From assembly GCA_963749655.1 (NCBI GenBank), contig CAVVOB010000030.1:256001-320000 (forward strand): DNA of 64,000 bases, given 5' to 3'. Shown here piece after piece: positions 38,291-47,323 of this stretch. A model generated the notes under the pieces. It was not told where the DNA came from, searched no databases, and was given only the letters and a program-made list of their open reading frames with translations. Within the stretch, counting starts at the first letter, position 1; each line of letters opens with the position of its first letter. Source of the DNA: Nitrospirota bacterium. Its GTDB lineage: Bacteria; Nitrospirota; UBA9217. A program made the translations under genes and the position numbers.

Positions 38291-38917
38291 TTATCCCATC
38301 TTCTTATAGGTCGTCGTCATAACGGATTTTTCAAGCGCCGCCACTTGAGCGAGGACATCCTGCATGCGGCTCCACGTTTCCTTGTTGTAGGACTCGTCCT
38401 TGATGCTGTTGACATTGATCTTGACGTTCAGAGCCGCACTCTGCGCGCAGGCCTGGGCGAGAAGCACTGCCACGCCTGCGTCGCTTACCGCCGCCGTATT
38501 GCCGATTTCCGCAGCGCGCTCAGAAAGTTTTGCCACCTCAAGGGATTTAAGGCCGATTTCAAAGGGGACCTGGCAGGCTTTCTTCAGAGCTTCCTGCATC
38601 TTTTCGGTTCTCGCGGCCTTTTCAGCGTCGGTGTTCTTCGGCATCTTGTAGACCGCTGACAGAGCGCCGTACGCTTCCGTGTCCTTCTGGATCAGGTCCT
38701 GCATCTCCCCGCGAAGCTTTTCCGATGCCGCCAGCAAAGTCTCGATAGCCGGCTGAACATCTTTGTATTTTTCCTTGCCGAGCGTCAAGTTCGCAACCAT
38801 GCTCACCAGTGCCGCACCGAGGGACCCGACAAGGGCGGCCACACTGCCGCCGCCCGGCTCCGGTGACTTGCTTGCCAGTTTGTCCATGAAGTGCCGTAAA
38901 GGCTGATCTATATACAC
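38291..38917 (-). CDS. fchA: cyclodeaminase/methenyltetrahydrofolate cyclohydrolase (FTCD_C family)
   Basis: LASKSPEPGGGSVAAL, SDAGVA, NVKIN; GTG 38917 after GGAGG; adjacent to folD. Confidence 0.88.
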   Translation of the reverse strand: MYIDQPLRHFMDKLASKSPEPGGGSVAALVGSLGAALVSMVANLTLGKEKYKDVQPAIETLLAASEKLRGEMQDLIQKDTEAYGALSAVYKMPKNTDAEKAARTEKMQEALKKACQVPFEIGLKSLEVAKLSERAAEIGNTAAVSDAGVAVLLAQACAQSAALNVKINVNSIKDESYNKETWSRMQDVLAQVAALEKSVMTTTYKKMG

Positions 38918-38961
38918 AATGTCCTCCTGCAATGATAATAATGTTGTGACGTGGGATAAAA

Positions 38962-38990
38962 AGAATAAAGAAAGCGCCGTTTTTTGTCAA
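38962..38990 (-). promoter_or_regulatory. sigma70 promoter of fchA-folD
   Basis: Minus strand TTGACA-17-TATTCT. Confidence 0.7.
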
Positions 38991-38991
38991 T

Positions 38992-39067
38992 AAAAAAATG
39001 CTCCCCAACACGAATCAGCCGTGTCGAAGGAGCATTTCAGGGGAGGCACGATAAAGCAACACAATAC
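38992..39067 (-). ncRNA. candidate small RNA, about 75 nt
   Basis: Promoter-like TTGACT-17-TATAAA (39102-39074), CCTCCCC segment, ~17-bp hairpin plus T7; no ORF. Confidence 0.45.
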
Positions 39068-39125
39068 GAACTATTTATAATGGTAATTATAGAACAAGTC
39101 AAGTGGAAAATAGCAAAACTTTATC

Positions 39126-39155
39126 TTGACTCTATTTCGTGAGCTTTGGTATTAT
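39126..39155 (+). promoter_or_regulatory. sigma70 promoter of ccdA-MerR
   Basis: TTGACT-18-TATTAT. Confidence 0.5.
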
Positions 39156-39187
39156 ACATGCTCTGGCGTAGGGAGGATGTTTGCTGC

Positions 39188-39904
39188 ATGGATATTTCGC
39201 ACGGTTTGACGCTTCCGGCGTTATCGTTTTCTGTTCTCATGGGATTCGTTTCCTTCGCATCGCCATGCATCCTTCCCCTGATCCCTTCTTATGTATCGTA
39301 TATCACCGGCATCAGCTACGACGAACTGGTAGGGCGGGAATCCCGCAGGCGCACCATCAACATCAGCCTGCTTCATTCTCTTGCCTTTGTCGCCGGCTTT
39401 ACCATTATCTTTGTGCTGCTCGGCGCAACCGCGAGCCTTGCAGGTAACGTTCTTTCACAGCATCTCGATGCGATTCGCATTGCGGGCGGAGTGCTTATCA
39501 TCCTCATGGGCGTATTCGTCATGGATGTCGTCCAACTCCCCTTTCTGCAGCGGGAGGCGCGTCTGCAGCTTAAGACTCGCCCCGCCGGTTTTTTCGGGAC
39601 CGTTGTCGTGGGGATGGTCTTCGGAGCCGGCTGGACGCCCTGTACGGGCCCCTTTCTCGGCTCTGTCCTGGCGCTTGCGATGGAGGCTGATACGCTGAAG
39701 CGCGGCATGGTGCTTCTCACCTTTTACTCGCTGGGGCTGGGGATCCCCTTTATCCTCTCGGCTGTCGCAATCAGCGCGTTTTTGTCGTCTTTCAACAGGT
39801 TGAAAAAGCATTTCAAGGTCATGAAAATCGTGAGCGGTGCGGTTCTGGTCATCATGGGTGTGCTCCTGATCACGGACAAAATGACCATCCTCATAATTCG
39901 ATAG
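39188..39904 (+). CDS. ccdA: cytochrome c biogenesis protein CcdA
   Basis: FASPCILPLIP and GWTPCTGP redox Cys motifs; six TM; start ATG 39188. Confidence 0.92.
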   Translation: MDISHGLTLPALSFSVLMGFVSFASPCILPLIPSYVSYITGISYDELVGRESRRRTINISLLHSLAFVAGFTIIFVLLGATASLAGNVLSQHLDAIRIAGGVLIILMGVFVMDVVQLPFLQREARLQLKTRPAGFFGTVVVGMVFGAGWTPCTGPFLGSVLALAMEADTLKRGMVLLTFYSLGLGIPFILSAVAISAFLSSFNRLKKHFKVMKIVSGAVLVIMGVLLITDKMTILIIR

Positions 39905-39927
39905 AGACTCGGGGGAATAATAACGTT

Positions 39928-40350
39928 ATGTCAGCGGACGGCTTGGATGTACTAAAGGACAAGGATGCACCGCTCTATACCATGGGGGTTGCCGCGAAAC
40001 TCGTCGGCACCACGGCTCAGACGCTCAGGCTTTATGAGAAGCACGGCCTGATCCTTCCCACGCGGGAGCGCAGGAACAGGTTGTACACGGAGAACGACAT
40101 CAAGTGGCTCCGGTGCATCCGGGAATTAATTCATTCGAAAAAGATAAGCATCGAGGGAATAAAAAAGCTGCTGGACTATGCGCCCTGCTGGGAGATCAAG
40201 GATTGCCCCGACGATCGCCGCGTGGTTTGTACGGCATTTACGGACAAGAGCAAGCCGTGCTGGGAAACAACCCGGTGCCGCATGGAAAATGACTGTTCCA
40301 CCTGCGTGGTGTTCCTGAAGAACGGGAAGAAGGCCGCGAAGAAACAGTAG
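39928..40350 (+). CDS. MerR/HspR-like regulator with Cys-rich (two-CW) C-terminal domain
   Basis: YTMGVAAKL...QTLRLYEKHGL...RLYT; CWEIKDC...C...CWETTRC...CSTC. Confidence 0.85.
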   Translation: MSADGLDVLKDKDAPLYTMGVAAKLVGTTAQTLRLYEKHGLILPTRERRNRLYTENDIKWLRCIRELIHSKKISIEGIKKLLDYAPCWEIKDCPDDRRVVCTAFTDKSKPCWETTRCRMENDCSTCVVFLKNGKKAAKKQ

Positions 40351-40380
40351 CCATCCGACAGCTGCAGGACCTGAATAAAC

Positions 40381-40414
40381 AAAAGCCGGGAGCCAATTCG
40401 CCTCCCGGCTTTTT
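40381..40414. terminator. bidirectional intrinsic terminator
   Basis: AAAAGCCGGGAG-loop-CTCCCGGCTTTTT between convergent genes. Confidence 0.88.
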
Positions 40415-40431
40415 CTGTCCACGGCTTCCTT

Positions 40432-41106
40432 TTAGGGATGCTCATCCACCCACACTTCGCCGTCGGGCGTGGTCTCTTTCTTCCAGATCGGCGTGATGCG
40501 TTTCAGTTCGTCGATGCAGAACCTGCAGGCCTGAAAAGCCTCCTGACGATGACCTGAGGCGACGACGATCAAGACGATGTCCTCTCCCACCGGCACGGTA
40601 CCTATGCGATGAACGATCGTCGCGTCGATCACGCCGAACTCCTTGATCGCCCGCTCCCTGATTTCTCCGAGCTTCTTTTCAGCCATGCCGGGGTAGTGCT
40701 CGAACTCGAGCTTTGCTACCTCTTTTTCCCGCGAGACGTCGCGCGTCGCTCCGAGAAAGGTTACGACAGCCCCGATGGATGTCGACCCTTTTTTCAATTC
40801 TCTGACTTCGTGCTCGATTGAAAAAGGCTCCGCCTGGACACGAACATGTCCGCGTGCCGTATTCCCGCCTGAAAAGGGCGGCATGAGCGCCACCTCGTCT
40901 CCGTCCCTGACCGGCGCCTCAGGCCTTGCTAATTCCTGGTTCACCGTTACCATGATCCTGCCGCAGGAAAGGATGTCCGCCAGCGACGGTTGTTCGCGGG
41001 CCACCTGTGCAAGCAGTGCAGCGATGGTGCCGCCCGCGAATTCAACGATTAACTCGTCAGTGCCTGCTTTTTCTCTTAAGAGAGCAAATAATTTGACCGT
41101 TATCAT
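40432..41106 (-). CDS. fused molybdopterin synthase MoaD-MoaE (MoaX-like)
   Basis: MITVKLFALLRE...DEVALMPPFSGG followed in frame by GAVVTFLG, HRIG, PIWKKE; start ATG 41106. Confidence 0.92.
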   Translation of the reverse strand: MITVKLFALLREKAGTDELIVEFAGGTIAALLAQVAREQPSLADILSCGRIMVTVNQELARPEAPVRDGDEVALMPPFSGGNTARGHVRVQAEPFSIEHEVRELKKGSTSIGAVVTFLGATRDVSREKEVAKLEFEHYPGMAEKKLGEIRERAIKEFGVIDATIVHRIGTVPVGEDIVLIVVASGHRQEAFQACRFCIDELKRITPIWKKETTPDGEVWVDEHP

Positions 41107-41266
41107 AAGCGTAGCGTCCTTCGCCGCGACCGGCCGTTTGATGGCCGGACACCGGGTCTTAGAAAGTGAGAATTCCTGCTGCAGGGAGCCTTGGCCTGCG
41201 CTGACTGTGAAAAAATTTGGTCCTGAACAACTGCACGGATTGCATCGGGCTCGATCCTGTTCCCGA

Positions 41267-42109
41267 TCAGTATGCTCCGGCAAGAAGTGGTTTGCCGGAG
41301 CGAGGAAAGACATCGGCCGATTCCGCCTCCGCGAAGAGCCTGTCCACGGCCTTGATACCCTCAGGTCCCAGGTCGAGCGAAAAGTCGTTCACATAAAGGT
41401 CGATGTGGCTCTTCATCACGTTGTTGTCCATCTCCTGGCTGTGCTGCCGGCAGTATTCCAAAACTTCTTCACCGTGAGATCTGGCGTAGGTGAGGCTTTC
41501 TCTTATGCCCGCCTCCACGCTGAGCAGGACCTCGGAGCCGAGAACGCGTTTTCCGAGAATGGCGCCCAGGGGGATGGGAAGTCCCGTGTGTTCCTCCCAC
41601 CATGCTCCGAGATCGATCAGCTTTTCGAGTCCATACAGCGGATAGGTAAAGCGGCTCTCATGAATGATGAGCCCGGCCCGGGCCGTGCCTTCCGAAACGG
41701 CGCTCATGATGCGGTCGAAGGGCATGACGATGATATTCGCAAGCGAGGGATCGAACAAGCGAAGGAGCAGGTAGGCCGTGGTGAGCGCGCCGGGGATGGC
41801 AATGGGGCCTTCCTTGATATCGGACAACCCGGTCCCCGGACGTACCACGAGGAGAGGGCCGCAGCCCCGGCCGAGCGCACCGCCGGAGCGAAGCAGCGCA
41901 TAGTGCTCGCGAAGGTGCCCCAGGGCATGATAGGAAATTTTGGTTATATCAAGCCGGTTGTCGAGTGCCAGCTGGTTCAGGGTTTCGACATCTTCGAGCC
42001 GCTCCTCGAACCTGATGCCCGGTACCCGGACACGACCGTGGATGAGGGCGTAAAAAATGAATGTGTCGTTGGGGCAGGGCGAGTAGCCGATCGTAAGGGT
42101 CTGACTCAT
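41267..42109 (-). CDS. mqnD: 1,4-dihydroxy-6-naphthoate synthase
   Basis: SPCPNDTFIF, GALGRGCGPL, IHESRFTY, PIPLG, HIDLYVN. Confidence 0.95.
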   Translation of the reverse strand: MSQTLTIGYSPCPNDTFIFYALIHGRVRVPGIRFEERLEDVETLNQLALDNRLDITKISYHALGHLREHYALLRSGGALGRGCGPLLVVRPGTGLSDIKEGPIAIPGALTTAYLLLRLFDPSLANIIVMPFDRIMSAVSEGTARAGLIIHESRFTYPLYGLEKLIDLGAWWEEHTGLPIPLGAILGKRVLGSEVLLSVEAGIRESLTYARSHGEEVLEYCRQHSQEMDNNVMKSHIDLYVNDFSLDLGPEGIKAVDRLFAEAESADVFPRSGKPLLAGAY

Positions 42110-42183
42110 AGGGCGTCCCGCACCAGGCTGACTGAGACCGGATTGTGTCTTTTCCGGGGTTTATTCCGCATTCCGCAATCGTT

Positions 42184-42915
42184 TCACCTCTCCCAGTCCT
42201 CCACGATACAGCGCACGGCCTGCTGCACCGCCCGGACTGCCCGGGGAATGTCCCACGTTGCGAGGTCCCGGTCCTTGACGAGATTGGAGATGCCGCGCAC
42301 TTCGAGCCAGGGGACTCCGTGCAGTTCCGCAACCTGCGCCACTGCAGCGCCCTCCATGTTCTCACACAGGCCGTGATACCGTTGTTCGAGCTCTCGCGCC
42401 CGCGCTGCGGTTCCGGTGCAGGTAGACAGGGTCACAAAGGAACCGACGTGGACGCTGCTTTTGTCCATCTTCCGGCTTTCAAGGAGCGAGCGGAGTGAAC
42501 GCCGTACGAGCTGCTCCGATGCGGCGTAGGTCGAATAAATCACGGAGGAAGCGGTCTTGATCAGGGGGATGCCGATGTATTCCGCGTCCTTGAACCCTTC
42601 ATGGGTCAGCACGCCTTCGTCGCCCGCGATCTCCTCCTTTGCGAGCGCGATGTCGCCGATGCCGGCTCCTGCGGACGGGTAGGCGCCGCCGATGCCGAAA
42701 ACGACGAGGGCATCGCAATCAAAGCGCGTAAGAAGCAGCGTTGCAGCGTGGGCCGCATTCACCTTGCCCATGCCGCTGACGCACAGGAGGACCGGCTTGC
42801 TGCCCAGTCTGCTCTCGATCACGGAGAGGGAGCCCACCGTAGTGGTCCTCGCCGCGTGGTCCTCTCCGAGGAGCAGATTTGCCTCCGACTCGACCGAACA
42901 GATGAGTGCGATCAT
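42184..42915 (-). CDS. mqnB: futalosine hydrolase
   Basis: SGMGKVNAA, FGIGGAY, TLSTCTGT, ENMEGAAVA, EVRGISN; next to mqnD; start ATG 42915. Confidence 0.9.
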   Translation of the reverse strand: MIALICSVESEANLLLGEDHAARTTTVGSLSVIESRLGSKPVLLCVSGMGKVNAAHAATLLLTRFDCDALVVFGIGGAYPSAGAGIGDIALAKEEIAGDEGVLTHEGFKDAEYIGIPLIKTASSVIYSTYAASEQLVRRSLRSLLESRKMDKSSVHVGSFVTLSTCTGTAARARELEQRYHGLCENMEGAAVAQVAELHGVPWLEVRGISNLVKDRDLATWDIPRAVRAVQQAVRCIVEDWER

Positions 42916-43007
42916 GGTCTTCCCTGACTTGACCCCGCTGGCCTTGAGAGCATTCAATGCAGTCCTGTATCGTCAACGCTGCCGTCCTGTTCCTCCATGA
43001 AGAAGTG

Positions 43008-43440
43008 TCAGAACTCCAGCATTGCCCCGCCCGATCTTTCGTCAACCTTCTTGCGGGCCTCAATCCCCGACATCTCTGCAATGACTGCCTCGACAACAAG
43101 ATATATCGAGCTGTCTCTGCGGATGCATCCCGTTACGGTCTGGTGGTCCCGTCCCACGGCGCAGTAGAGGTGGATAACCGGATCCTCACCCTTCCGGAAC
43201 AGGGTATCGATGCCGAGGACCTCGCGGCCGTCGGAGAAGTCGAACCAGAGGGGTGTCAGCGGGATCTCGGGTTTTTGCGGTCCCGATACAACGCCGGCTG
43301 AACAGAGGCCTCCCGGGAGCAGGATCGTAGCGACCCTGATATTTTCGCTGACTGCCATGGTTCTTCAGGCCGCCGGGAAGATTGTCCTGGTCATCGAATC
43401 GAACCAGAAAAACCCGACCAAGGGCACCCTGGTGGCATTT
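43008..43440 (-). pseudogene. degenerate PPC/DUF296 domain gene
   Basis: GALGRVFLVRFDD in one frame, rest in another; no start codon at expected place; expected HxH reads HLY. Confidence 0.65.
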
Positions 43441-43551
43441 CGGAGATATCTCACTGAAAAATAATGCTTTATTATTTATTAGACCTGGGAATATCTTCCG
43501 TGAAGAGTCCAGCATACCCTAAAAATACCCTTGAATATACCATAGTTTCGA

Positions 43552-43580
43552 TTGCACTTCTATGGCAATTTTGTTATGAT
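43552..43580 (+). promoter_or_regulatory. sigma70 promoter of aroC-aroK-aroB
   Basis: TTGCAC-17-TATGAT with extended -10 TG. Confidence 0.6.
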
Positions 43581-43676
43581 GGCCCCAATTTTAAAGGTAT
43601 TTTTCATGATATTACGGTTATTTCGACAACATGAGGGTGTTCTTGGCGTAAGGAAATGACGGGAGGGGGAAACATA

Positions 43677-44867
43677 ATGCTGCGATTTTTAACCGCCGGT
43701 GAGTCTCATGGAGAGCTCTTGATGGGCATCCTTGAAGGAATGCCTGCCGGGCTTCTTATCAGGGTCACGGACATTGACCGCGACCTGTCCAGAAGGCAGG
43801 TCGGGTACGGACGGGGCAACCGGATGAAGATCGAAAAGGATTCGGTCAAGATCTACAGCGGCGTGCGCTGGGGGAGAACGCTCGGCAGCCCGATCGGGCT
43901 CATGGTCCGGAACAAGGACTGGGAAAACTGGCGTGACAAAATGTCCCCTGACCCCATGTTTCTGAACTCCGCCGACCCCGTGACCCGGCCCCGGCCCGGT
44001 CATGCGGACCTCGCCGGCGCGCTCAAATACGGCATGACCGACGTACGGAACGTCCTTGAACGCTCGAGCGCGCGGGAGACCGCCATGCGGGTGGCCGTCG
44101 GCGCTGTTGCGAAAAGGCTGCTCGAGGAGTTCGGCATCGAGGTCGTGAGCCAGGTGCTCTCCATCGACGGGGTCTATTCCAAGGTTCCCAAATTGTCCCT
44201 CCCGGAGCTGAAAAAGCGCGTCGAGTCGTCGGAGCTGCGATGCGCGGATCCGGACGCCGAGAAGCGGATGATGCGGAAGATCGACGAGGCAAAGCTCGCG
44301 GGAGATTCGCTGGGCGGCGTGATCGAGGTCATCATTTCAGGCGCTCCCGTCGGCCTTGGCAGCCATGTGCACTGGGACCGGAAGCTGGACGCCAGGCTTG
44401 CCGGGGCGCTGATGAGCATCCAGGCGATCAAGGGCGTCGAAGTCGGCGCCGGGTTCGGAGCGGCGAACCGTCCCGGGTCGCAGGTGCATGACGAGATCTT
44501 CTGGAACAGGAAGGAAGGCTTCTACCGCAAGACCAACATGGCGGGCGGCATCGAGGGCGGGATCAGCAACGGCGACGTGATCACGCTCCGCGCGGCCATG
44601 AAACCCATTCCGACGCTCATGAAGCCCCTCCGGTCCGTGGACCTGGCGAGCAAGAAGCCCTTTAAGGCGAGCGTGGAGCGGTCCGACGTCTGCGCCGTGC
44701 CGGCAGCCGGCGTCGTGGCCGAGGCTGCGACGGCCTTCGAGATAGCGGCGGCCCTGATCGAGAAGTTCGGCGGCGACAGCATTGACGAAATGAAACGGAA
44801 CTATCATTGGTACCAGAAGCACCTGAAGGCCCGGATGGACGTGGAAGAGGAGCAGGTCAGGAAATAG
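43677..44867 (+). CDS. aroC: chorismate synthase
   Basis: [35 protein letters not shown]. Confidence 0.98.
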   Translation: MLRFLTAGESHGELLMGILEGMPAGLLIRVTDIDRDLSRRQVGYGRGNRMKIEKDSVKIYSGVRWGRTLGSPIGLMVRNKDWENWRDKMSPDPMFLNSADPVTRPRPGHADLAGALKYGMTDVRNVLERSSARETAMRVAVGAVAKRLLEEFGIEVVSQVLSIDGVYSKVPKLSLPELKKRVESSELRCADPDAEKRMMRKIDEAKLAGDSLGGVIEVIISGAPVGLGSHVHWDRKLDARLAGALMSIQAIKGVEVGAGFGAANRPGSQVHDEIFWNRKEGFYRKTNMAGGIEGGISNGDVITLRAAMKPIPTLMKPLRSVDLASKKPFKASVERSDVCAVPAAGVVAEAATAFEIAAALIEKFGGDSIDEMKRNYHWYQKHLKARMDVEEEQVRK

Positions 44868-44945
44868 GGGGCAGGGAGTCGGGAGATATTTCTCGCACAA
44901 GCGGCACGGCACGAAGCGATCTTCCTGAACTTCCCTCGGCAATTC

Positions 44946-45461
44946 ATGTTCAAAAACATCATCCTGACGGGATTCATGGGCGTGGGCAAGACCAGCGTCG
45001 GCACGCAGCTTGCGAAGGACCTCGGCTACACGTTCGTGGACACCGACCAGCTCATCGAGGCGGACCAGCGCCTTACCATCAACGCCATCTTTTCGAAGTT
45101 CGGCGAACCCTATTTCCGCGAGGTCGAGGCGAAAATCATCGGACAGGTCATGGAGGGAGGGTCCCAGGTGGTCTCCACCGGAGGCGGCGCGGTGATCTGG
45201 GACATGAACCGGGCCGCCTTCAAAAAGGCCGGCCTCGTGGTTTGCCTTACGGCGCGTCCCGAGGTCATTTACGAGCGCATCAAGCATGAGACCCACCGCC
45301 CCCTGATCCAGACCGCAGATCCGCAGGCGAAGATCAGGGAGCTTCTCGACGGCCGTGCGAAATTTTATTCCCAGGCGGACGTGATCATCGACACCTCGGA
45401 AAAGTCGGTTGCCGACGTCATCACCGCGATCAAAGAGAGAATCAAGCATGCATACTGTTAA
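44946..45461 (+). CDS. aroK: shikimate kinase
   Basis: GFMGVGKT, DTD, GEPYFR, STGGG, RPL. Confidence 0.97.
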   Translation: MFKNIILTGFMGVGKTSVGTQLAKDLGYTFVDTDQLIEADQRLTINAIFSKFGEPYFREVEAKIIGQVMEGGSQVVSTGGGAVIWDMNRAAFKKAGLVVCLTARPEVIYERIKHETHRPLIQTADPQAKIRELLDGRAKFYSQADVIIDTSEKSVADVITAIKERIKHAYC

Positions 45462-46530
45462 CGTCAGCCTCGGCGAGAGGAGCTACGATATCGAGATCGG
45501 AACCGGCCTGGACCGGGCCGGAGAGCGGCTTGCCGGGCTCGGGTTCGGCAAAAAGATGGCCCTGGTGACGAACCCCACGGTCAAGGACCTCTACGGACAG
45601 CGGATCCTGGACAGCCTCAAGGCATCGGGCTTCATGGTCATGCCCGTCGTCATTCCCGACGGCGAACAGCACAAGACCCTGGATTGGGCCAACTCCATCT
45701 ATACGGCGCTTCTCGTCAACAGCTTCGACAGAAAATCCCCGCTCGTCGCCCTCGGCGGCGGCGTGATCGGAGACCTGACCGGGTTCGCGGCCGCGACATT
45801 CATGCGGGGCGTGCCTTTTGTCCAGGTCCCGACAACGCTCCTCTCCATGGTGGACAGCAGCGTCGGCGGGAAGACCGGCGTCAACCACGCCATGGCCAAG
45901 AACATGATCGGCGCCTTCTATCAGCCGAAGAAGGTGCTCATGGACCTCGGCGTGCTCAAGACCCTGCCGAGGGAGGAGTTCCTTTCAGGCATGGCGGAAG
46001 TGATCAAGTACGGCGTGATCCGCGACGCTGCGTTTTTCGAATACCTCGACCGCAACCGTGAGAAGATCCTGGCCCTCGATCCCGAGGCCCTTGAGCATAT
46101 CATCCGGCGCTCCTGCGAGATCAAGTCAGAGGTCGTGAGCCTCGACGAGCGCGAGGGGGGGCTTCGTGCGATCCTGAACTTCGGCCATACGGTGGGCCAC
46201 GCAGTCGAGACGGCGGAGAATTACACCATGCGCCACGGCTACGCCGTTTCGATCGGCATGGTCATGGCCGCGCGACTTGCCCGCCGGAGCGGCCTGTGCG
46301 ACGCGAACCTGGCGGAGCGGACCGAGCAGCTTCTCCGGTCCTACGGCCTGCCCGTGGATTTTTCCGCGCTCGGACGCAGACCGTCCGCCCGGGAACTCAT
46401 GGATACCATGCAGATCGACAAGAAAGCCGAGGGCGGCAAGGTGAAGTTCGTGCTGCCGAAAAAGATCGGGGAAGTCGTCGTTACGAAGGAATGGGATGAA
46501 GGCGTGCTGAAAAGCATCCTGGACGCCTGA
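45448..46530 (+). CDS. aroB: 3-dehydroquinate synthase
   Basis: GGGVIGD, PTTLLSMVDSSVGGKT, LNFGHT; start ATG 45448. Confidence 0.98.
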   Translation: MHTVNVSLGERSYDIEIGTGLDRAGERLAGLGFGKKMALVTNPTVKDLYGQRILDSLKASGFMVMPVVIPDGEQHKTLDWANSIYTALLVNSFDRKSPLVALGGGVIGDLTGFAAATFMRGVPFVQVPTTLLSMVDSSVGGKTGVNHAMAKNMIGAFYQPKKVLMDLGVLKTLPREEFLSGMAEVIKYGVIRDAAFFEYLDRNREKILALDPEALEHIIRRSCEIKSEVVSLDEREGGLRAILNFGHTVGHAVETAENYTMRHGYAVSIGMVMAARLARRSGLCDANLAERTEQLLRSYGLPVDFSALGRRPSARELMDTMQIDKKAEGGKVKFVLPKKIGEVVVTKEWDEGVLKSILDA

Positions 46531-46555
46531 TTTCCTTTTCTGTAGGGGATACTCA

Positions 46556-47248
46556 ATGAGCGAATACCTCTGGCATTGCCCTTTCTGCAACAGTGAACAA
46601 GCCGTTACTGAAAGCGGCCGACAGGCGTCTTTTGCCGATCTTACCATCGACAATGCCGAGGGCCCGCGCCGCCTCGTCGTAAAGTTCGTCGTTTGCCCTG
46701 ACCCGAAATGCAGAAAATTTTCGCTGACCGTTTCCCTCCATGGCCTTGAAACGAGCGGAAGCCGCTCCTATACGGGGAAACATATCAAGTCCTGGGCGCT
46801 TGTTCCTCCGTCGAACGCCCGGGCCTTCCCCGTGGCCATTCCCCCGCAGGTTCTGCAGGACTATCACGAAGCATGTCTCACCCTGGAGCAGAGTCCCAAG
46901 GTCGCGGCAGCGCTGTCGCGGCGCTGCCTGTCCGCGATGCTGCGTGACTACTGGCAGGTTCAGCCGGGGAGGCTCGTCGACGAGTTCCGTCAGGTCAAGG
47001 GCACGGCTGATCCTCTCACCTGGGAGGCCATCGAGTCGGTCAGGAATACCGGCATGATCGGCGCACGGTTCGAGAGCGAAGGGGCCGAGATCGTCGATGC
47101 GGAACCCGGCGAGGCCAGGCTCCTGATCGGGCTTATCGAGACGCTCATCCAGGACTGGTACGTGGGCCGGGAAGAGCGGCGAAAGCGGCTGGAACAGCTG
47201 AAGCAGATCACCGGCGAGGGCACGACTGAGAAGGAACAGCCGGATTGA
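46556..47248 (+). CDS. DUF4145 (HEPN-like) protein with N-terminal Cys ribbon
   Basis: CPFC...CPDPKC; DYHEAC...SPKVAAALSRRCL pattern. Confidence 0.7.
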   Translation: MSEYLWHCPFCNSEQAVTESGRQASFADLTIDNAEGPRRLVVKFVVCPDPKCRKFSLTVSLHGLETSGSRSYTGKHIKSWALVPPSNARAFPVAIPPQVLQDYHEACLTLEQSPKVAAALSRRCLSAMLRDYWQVQPGRLVDEFRQVKGTADPLTWEAIESVRNTGMIGARFESEGAEIVDAEPGEARLLIGLIETLIQDWYVGREERRKRLEQLKQITGEGTTEKEQPD

Positions 47249-47323
47249 CCTGACGGCGATGCTGGATTTACGGCCTGCCCAGTCCCTCCTGCGGAAGAAT
47301 CTCATGTATAATTATACTCAGCC

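Noticed and set aside
38918-39100. ZTP or THF riboswitch upstream of fchA-folD
   Set aside because: Conserved sequence elements not found, and the terminator lies upstream of the gene's own promoter.
41107-41266. Moco riboswitch upstream of moaD-moaE
   Set aside because: Small hairpins only; I could not match the motif by eye. An Rfam search would settle it.
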